Source of the DNA: Armatimonadota bacterium
Lineage (GTDB): Bacteria > Armatimonadota > UBA5829 > DTLH01
Assembly: GCA_039679675.1 (NCBI GenBank)
Contig: JBDKUN010000042.1
Location: 1 to 64,000 of the forward strand
Direction: 5' to 3'
DNA length: 64,000 nucleotides
Shown: positions 59,238 through 64,000 of the stretch, piece by piece
How the letters are laid out: each line of letters starts with the position of its first letter
How positions within the stretch are numbered: the stretch's first letter is position 1
Notes under the pieces: generated by a model
Told to the model about the DNA's origin: nothing
Database searches by the model: none
What the model saw: only the letters and a program-made list of their open reading frames with translations
Position numbers and translations under genes: made by a program

Positions 59238-60965
59238 ATGGCAAGACCACAAGCAATAGGTGATATCTGCGTTCGGCTCAAGCTGATCACACAAGACCAA
59301 CTGGAGCAGGCGCTGGAAAAACAAGGGCAGCTCAAAACACAGGAATCTCTGGGAGATGTTCTGGTGAACATGCATCTGATCGGTGAGAAAGACAGAGTAA
59401 GATGCCTGGGTGAACAGTGGGGAGTGCCGTTCGTTGACCTGTCAGAGAAGGAACCTGAACCTGAAGCGATCAAAATGGTATCCCAGGAAATCGCAAGGCG
59501 GCAGAAAGTAATTCCGATTGCGAGAAACAACGGCAAATTGACACTTGCCATGAAAAACCCTCTGGATATCTTCGTAATCGATGAAATCCGGCTCACAACC
59601 GGAGTCGAAATCGAGCCGATGATCGCCGTTGAAGAAGATATTGTAGCCGCAATTAGCCGGTGTTATCGAAGTGAGGCATCAGTTAATGCTGTTGTAAGCG
59701 AGGTAATGCGGGACCTCGAAGGTGGAGAAATCGATTTCACCACCACGGAAGACGTCAGGGAAGAAGACATTTCCATTGAGCAACTCAAAGAGCTGTCCGA
59801 GGAAGCGCCTGTTATAAAACTGGCTAATCTTATCATAAGCAGAGCGGTCGCAGACGGAGCAAGCGACATTCACATAGAACCGACCAGAGAAGCTGTAAGA
59901 GTCAGATTTCGGATCGACGGTATCCTGCATGAAGCCATGGCTGCACCCAAGAAGGTTCAGGCATCTTTGACATCCAGATATAAGATCATGGCTGAGATGG
60001 ACATCGCAGAAAAACGAGCTCCGCAGGACGGCAGGATCGGTGCATTCATAGACGGAAGGCCATTCGATTTCCGTGTATCCACTCTGCCGTCCGTGCATGG
60101 CGAAAAAATCGTCATGAGGATCCTTGATAAGAGTTCTATTTCCGTCGGGTTAAACAAATTGGGACTCCTGCCCGAAACACTCGAGCGGTTCGAGTCACTT
60201 ATAATGCGTACTTTTGGAATTATTCTCGTTACGGGACCGACTGGAAGTGGAAAATCGACGACGCTTTATTCTGTTCTCTCGAAACTGAATTCGGGAGAGA
60301 AAAATATCCTTACACTGGAAGACCCGGTAGAATACGAGCTTGCGGGGATAACGCAGACACAGATCAATGCCAGAGCTGGGCTGACATTTGCAGCAGGGCT
60401 CAGAACTATGCTCAGGCAGGACCCTAACATAGTGATGGTCGGAGAGATCAGAGACGGAGAAACAGCACAGATTGCATCGGAAGCCGCCCTTACGGGCCAC
60501 CTGGTGCTCTCTACACTGCACACAAATGATGCCCCTGGAGCTGTGACGAGGCTTCTCGATATGGGGATCGAACCGTTCCTCATAGCATCCGGTGTTATCG
60601 GGATTATGGCGCAGAGACTTGTGCGGTGCATCTGCACCAAATGCAAGGAACAGTATAAGCCGCCTCTGGATGCGGTAAAGAGGCTCGGAATACCGCTTGA
60701 TGGTGAAAAGCCCGTTACGTTTTATCGAGGCAGAGGCTGCGATCACTGTAAAGGCACCGGCTATAAGGGCCGGATCGGCGTCTATGAGCTTATGATAATG
60801 AACGACAAGATTCGTGACCTTGTGCTTCAGAGAGCATCTACACACCTGATCAAAGAAGCAGCTGTACAGATGGGCATGAAGACAATCAAGGAAGATGCCA
60901 TGGAGAAAATACTCCTTGGGACAACTTCGCTTGAAGAATCTATGAGAGTAATTTATTCGGGTTAG
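59238..60965 (+). CDS. pilB: Type IV pilus extension ATPase PilB (GspE/PulE family)
   Basis: ASDIHIEP, PQDG, GPTGSGKS, EDPVE, LRQDP, tetracysteine motif, GYKGR; degenerate N-terminal MshEN domain. Confidence 0.95.
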   Translation: MARPQAIGDICVRLKLITQDQLEQALEKQGQLKTQESLGDVLVNMHLIGEKDRVRCLGEQWGVPFVDLSEKEPEPEAIKMVSQEIARRQKVIPIARNNGKLTLAMKNPLDIFVIDEIRLTTGVEIEPMIAVEEDIVAAISRCYRSEASVNAVVSEVMRDLEGGEIDFTTTEDVREEDISIEQLKELSEEAPVIKLANLIISRAVADGASDIHIEPTREAVRVRFRIDGILHEAMAAPKKVQASLTSRYKIMAEMDIAEKRAPQDGRIGAFIDGRPFDFRVSTLPSVHGEKIVMRILDKSSISVGLNKLGLLPETLERFESLIMRTFGIILVTGPTGSGKSTTLYSVLSKLNSGEKNILTLEDPVEYELAGITQTQINARAGLTFAAGLRTMLRQDPNIVMVGEIRDGETAQIASEAALTGHLVLSTLHTNDAPGAVTRLLDMGIEPFLIASGVIGIMAQRLVRCICTKCKEQYKPPLDAVKRLGIPLDGEKPVTFYRGRGCDHCKGTGYKGRIGVYELMIMNDKIRDLVLQRASTHLIKEAAVQMGMKTIKEDAMEKILLGTTSLEESMRVIYSG

Positions 60966-61027
60966 ACGGCCTTCTTCTAAAACAAAGAAAACTTTTGCTA
61001 TTCACCTATTAAAACTGGAGAATAAAC

Positions 61028-62155
61028 TTGAAAGACGAATATTCATTGGATGAAATAAGCGATTTTGCTTATATGGAACAGGCACCGAGTGCTGAGAATG
61101 TGCATGTGGACGACCTGCTTCGGGAAGCTGTGGAAAGAGGTGCGTCGGACCTCCACCTTTCCGTAGGGCTGCCGCCTGTAGTCCGTGTAGACGGTAAACT
61201 GGTGCGGCTGGATTACAGCCCCCTCACACCTAATGAAATACAGCGTCTGGTTTACGATATTTTAAAAACGGACTATATCCAGTGGTTCGAAAAGACACAT
61301 GAACTCGATTTCTCCTACAGTGTAAGAGACGTCGGCCGGTTCAGGGTCAACGTCTACAAGCAAAGAGGATCTGTGGGAGCGGCATTCCGGTCCATTCCCA
61401 ACCAGATCCCGTCATTCGAGCAGCTAAGGCTCCCGAATGTGCTTCGAAACCTGTGCAGGAAGCACAGCGGGCTTATACTCGTTACCGGACCGACCGGAAG
61501 TGGAAAGTCCACAACCATTGCCTGTATGATCGATCTGATCAACTCGGAACAAGAGCTCCACATCATGACGATAGAGGACCCGATCGAGTATCTGCACAGG
61601 CATAAACGCGCGATGGTCAACCAGAGAGAGCTGAACGCCGATACAGACTCGTTCGATAACGCGCTCCGCGCAGTCTTGAGAGAAGACCCGGACGTTATTC
61701 TGATCGGTGAGATGCGAGACCTGGAGACAATCTCGGCAGCTCTAACACTAGCGGAAACGGGACACCTTGTCTTTGGAAGTCTGCACACAAGAAACGCACC
61801 ACAGACTATCGACAGAGTCATAGACGTATTTCCGCCACATCAACAGGACCAAATAAGAGTCCTGCTATCCAATACTATCGAAGGAATAGTAGCTCAACAG
61901 CTCATACCACGTCTAGGTGGAGGTAGAGTAGCCTCCATCGAAGTACTTATCGCAACTTCCGCGATCAGGAATCTAATCCGGGAAGGGAAGACCTTCCAGA
62001 TTCACTCCACAATCGAGACCGGCGCGCAATTCGGCATGCAATCTATGGACAAAGTGCTGGCCGACCTTCACAGGAACGGCCAGATAAGCCTGCAGGATGC
62101 GATGGCACGGGCTATCGACCCGGAGAACTTCCAAAGGTTCCTTGATGGAGGTTAG
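61028..62155 (+). CDS. pilT: Type IV pilus retraction ATPase PilT
   Basis: ASDLHL, GPTGSGKS, EDPIE, GEMRD, AETGH, AIRNLIRE. TTG start. Confidence 0.96.
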   Translation: MKDEYSLDEISDFAYMEQAPSAENVHVDDLLREAVERGASDLHLSVGLPPVVRVDGKLVRLDYSPLTPNEIQRLVYDILKTDYIQWFEKTHELDFSYSVRDVGRFRVNVYKQRGSVGAAFRSIPNQIPSFEQLRLPNVLRNLCRKHSGLILVTGPTGSGKSTTIACMIDLINSEQELHIMTIEDPIEYLHRHKRAMVNQRELNADTDSFDNALRAVLREDPDVILIGEMRDLETISAALTLAETGHLVFGSLHTRNAPQTIDRVIDVFPPHQQDQIRVLLSNTIEGIVAQQLIPRLGGGRVASIEVLIATSAIRNLIREGKTFQIHSTIETGAQFGMQSMDKVLADLHRNGQISLQDAMARAIDPENFQRFLDGG

Positions 62156-62158
62156 CTA

Positions 62159-63364
62159 ATGTCAACGTTCGCATATACCGCGATTGACGGAACCGGTAAA
62201 ACGGTGCGCGGGAAGATTGATGCAGAGACCGAGCAGTCTGTGACGAGCAAACTGCACGAGCAAAATCTGCACATCGTAAGCGTCATCAAACAGCGGGAAG
62301 GCAAAAAAATGCCGACCGTTGGAAGTAAAAAAGTCAAGCTGAAATCGATGGTCGTTTTCAGCCGGCAGTTTGCTACTATGATCGACGCCGGAATTGCAGT
62401 CGTTCGCTGTCTGGACATCCTTGAAGGGCAGACAAAGGACGAAGCGTTAAAACCGGCAATCAGCCAGTGCAGGCGGGATGTAAAGGCAGGCCTTTCGCTT
62501 ACCGACGCGTTCAGTAAACACCCTTACGCGTTCTCCCGACTCTACATCAATATGGTAAGAGCGGCAGAGACCGGCGGAATCCTTGACCAGATCCTTGACA
62601 GGCTATCGACCTTCCTTGAAAAGGAAGATGAAGTCCGAGGCAAGATCAAATCGGCAATGATCTATCCTGTCATGGTCCTTATATTTGCCGTATTGATGCT
62701 TGCAGCGCTATTTATGTTCGTGCTGCCTAAGTTCAAAGAGATATTCATCAGCATGAACGTAAAAATGCCATTTGTCACACAGATGCTGTTCGACGGCAGC
62801 ACATTTCTGCGGACTTACTGGTACGTGATCCTGATCCTGATTATAGGAGGCTACATAGGCTATAAGAGCTACTCCAAGACGGAGCAGGGCAGGTTCCAGA
62901 TAGACAAGCTGAAGCTGAAAATACCTGCCATCGGTGAATTGATTCAAAAAATGGCGATCTCCAGGTTCTCCCGGACATTCGCAACGCTCATAGCAAGCGG
63001 TGTCCCTATGATGAGATCACTGGAAATAGTAGGTGAGACTTCCGGCAATGTGGTAATTGCACAGGCAGTCGAAAATGCCCGAACCGCCATCAGAGAAGGC
63101 CAGAAGATCAGCACTCCGCTCGCGCAAAGCGGGCTGTTTCCGAACATGGTCACGCATATGATCGACATCGGGGAAGAGACCGGAAGGCTCTCGGACATGC
63201 TTGTTAAAGTGTCTGATTTCTATGACCAGGAAGTAGAAGGCGCAGTAAAAGCGCTGACATCGCTTATCGAACCGTGTCTCATAGTATTTATGGGCGGAAT
63301 CGTCGGCTTTATAGCCGTTTCGATAATGGCCCCGATATTCAAGCTGGTCAGTTCTATTGGATAA
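62159..63364 (+). CDS. pilC: Type IV pilus inner-membrane platform protein PilC (GspF family)
   Basis: FSRQFATM, AAETGG-L, SAMIYP, GEETG-L, IEP. Confidence 0.95.
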   Translation: MSTFAYTAIDGTGKTVRGKIDAETEQSVTSKLHEQNLHIVSVIKQREGKKMPTVGSKKVKLKSMVVFSRQFATMIDAGIAVVRCLDILEGQTKDEALKPAISQCRRDVKAGLSLTDAFSKHPYAFSRLYINMVRAAETGGILDQILDRLSTFLEKEDEVRGKIKSAMIYPVMVLIFAVLMLAALFMFVLPKFKEIFISMNVKMPFVTQMLFDGSTFLRTYWYVILILIIGGYIGYKSYSKTEQGRFQIDKLKLKIPAIGELIQKMAISRFSRTFATLIASGVPMMRSLEIVGETSGNVVIAQAVENARTAIREGQKISTPLAQSGLFPNMVTHMIDIGEETGRLSDMLVKVSDFYDQEVEGAVKALTSLIEPCLIVFMGGIVGFIAVSIMAPIFKLVSSIG

Positions 63365-63448
63365 TCCCAGCTTAAACCATTAAAATCAATCTAGGAGCAA
63401 TATCGGTGCGCGGGGATCGCACCCCGCGCACTGATTATACTGGCAAAC

Positions 63449-64000
63449 ATGATGATGCAGTCCACAAACACTCGAAATACACATAAACTCACCGAAGAGG
63501 GAGTACAGAGCCTTCTGGTAAAGTATATGGCGTCTCGCAACGTCGCAGTCCGTGACCAGATCGTGCTTCAATACGGCAACCTGGTGGAAAGCATAGCCCG
63601 GCGATTCGTCTGTGCATGTGAACCGGTGGAAGATCTGGTGCAGGAAGGTTACATCGGACTGATTACGTCTGTAGACCTGTACGATCCTTCCAAAGGCGTG
63701 AAATTCTCCACATATGCAACGCACTTTATTATAGGCCAGATAAAGCACTACCTCCGCGATAAGGGTAAGATCATCAAGGAACCTGCCTGGCTTCAGGAGC
63801 TTAACCAACGGGTAAGCAGGGTCATCGACTCGCTGACGCAGAAAAACGGCCGTCCGCCTACCGAACAAGAAGTAGGTGAGGTCATGGATTTGCCCGAAGA
63901 CAGCGTAGCGGAACTCCTTACGACACGGGAAGTCTTCAAAGTATCTTCGCTCGACGCGGGGACCGACAGGGATGACGGTTCGGGTTATCCGGTGGACACG
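63449..64000 (+). CDS. Group-3 sigma-70 family factor (SigB/SigF/SigG-like), 3' truncated by the window end
   Basis: Manual translation (absent from the ORF track because there is no stop): RDQIVLQYGNLVESIARRF...EDLVQEGYIGLI...YDPSKGVKFSTYA...IGQIKHYLRD...GRPPTEQEV...SLD. Confidence 0.9.
   Translation, partial: MMMQSTNTRNTHKLTEEGVQSLLVKYMASRNVAVRDQIVLQYGNLVESIARRFVCACEPVEDLVQEGYIGLITSVDLYDPSKGVKFSTYATHFIIGQIKHYLRDKGKIIKEPAWLQELNQRVSRVIDSLTQKNGRPPTEQEVGEVMDLPEDSVAELLTTREVFKVSSLDAGTDRDDGSGYPVDT

Noticed and set aside
63386..63868. 160-aa minus-strand ORF
   Set aside because: Antisense shadow of the sigma factor gene on the plus strand.

Overview
Chromosomal window of a diderm bacterium. PEP-CTERM proteins, secretins, a Bacillus-type large SRP RNA and a PASTA kinase together suggest Armatimonadota, but this is an inference from gene content. 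Housekeeping content: topA, ffs-dnaX-ybaB, aroC-aroK-aroB, rpe, ribD-ribE-ribBA-ribH, htrA, an M16 peptidase and tRNA-Sec. The dominant theme is type IV pilus (T4aP) / secretin machinery, with two divergent pilMNOP-secretin modules. Module 1 (29088-35769) has a sigma70-type promoter, follows a giant 2.3 kaa PQQ-propeller/carbohydrate-binding-like secreted protein, and includes a PilM with a long acidic insertion plus a stand-alone secretin-N-terminus protein. Module 2 (54253-58970) and the pilB-pilT-pilC unit each carry a GCCGATAA sigma28-like promoter and are followed by a group-3 sigma factor truncated by the window end. Other content: a PilGHI-like ABC/TPR operon, an ECF sigma/anti-sigma pair whose anti-sigma ends in an STN/FecR-C-like domain, tandem PEP-CTERM paralogs, a repeat-rich Ig-like surface protein, an AT-rich glycosylation cassette and a diverged palindromic MITE/REPIN-like repeat family. 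No CRISPR array, rRNA, transposase or integrase was seen. All family assignments come from motifs recognised by eye; no database searches were run.
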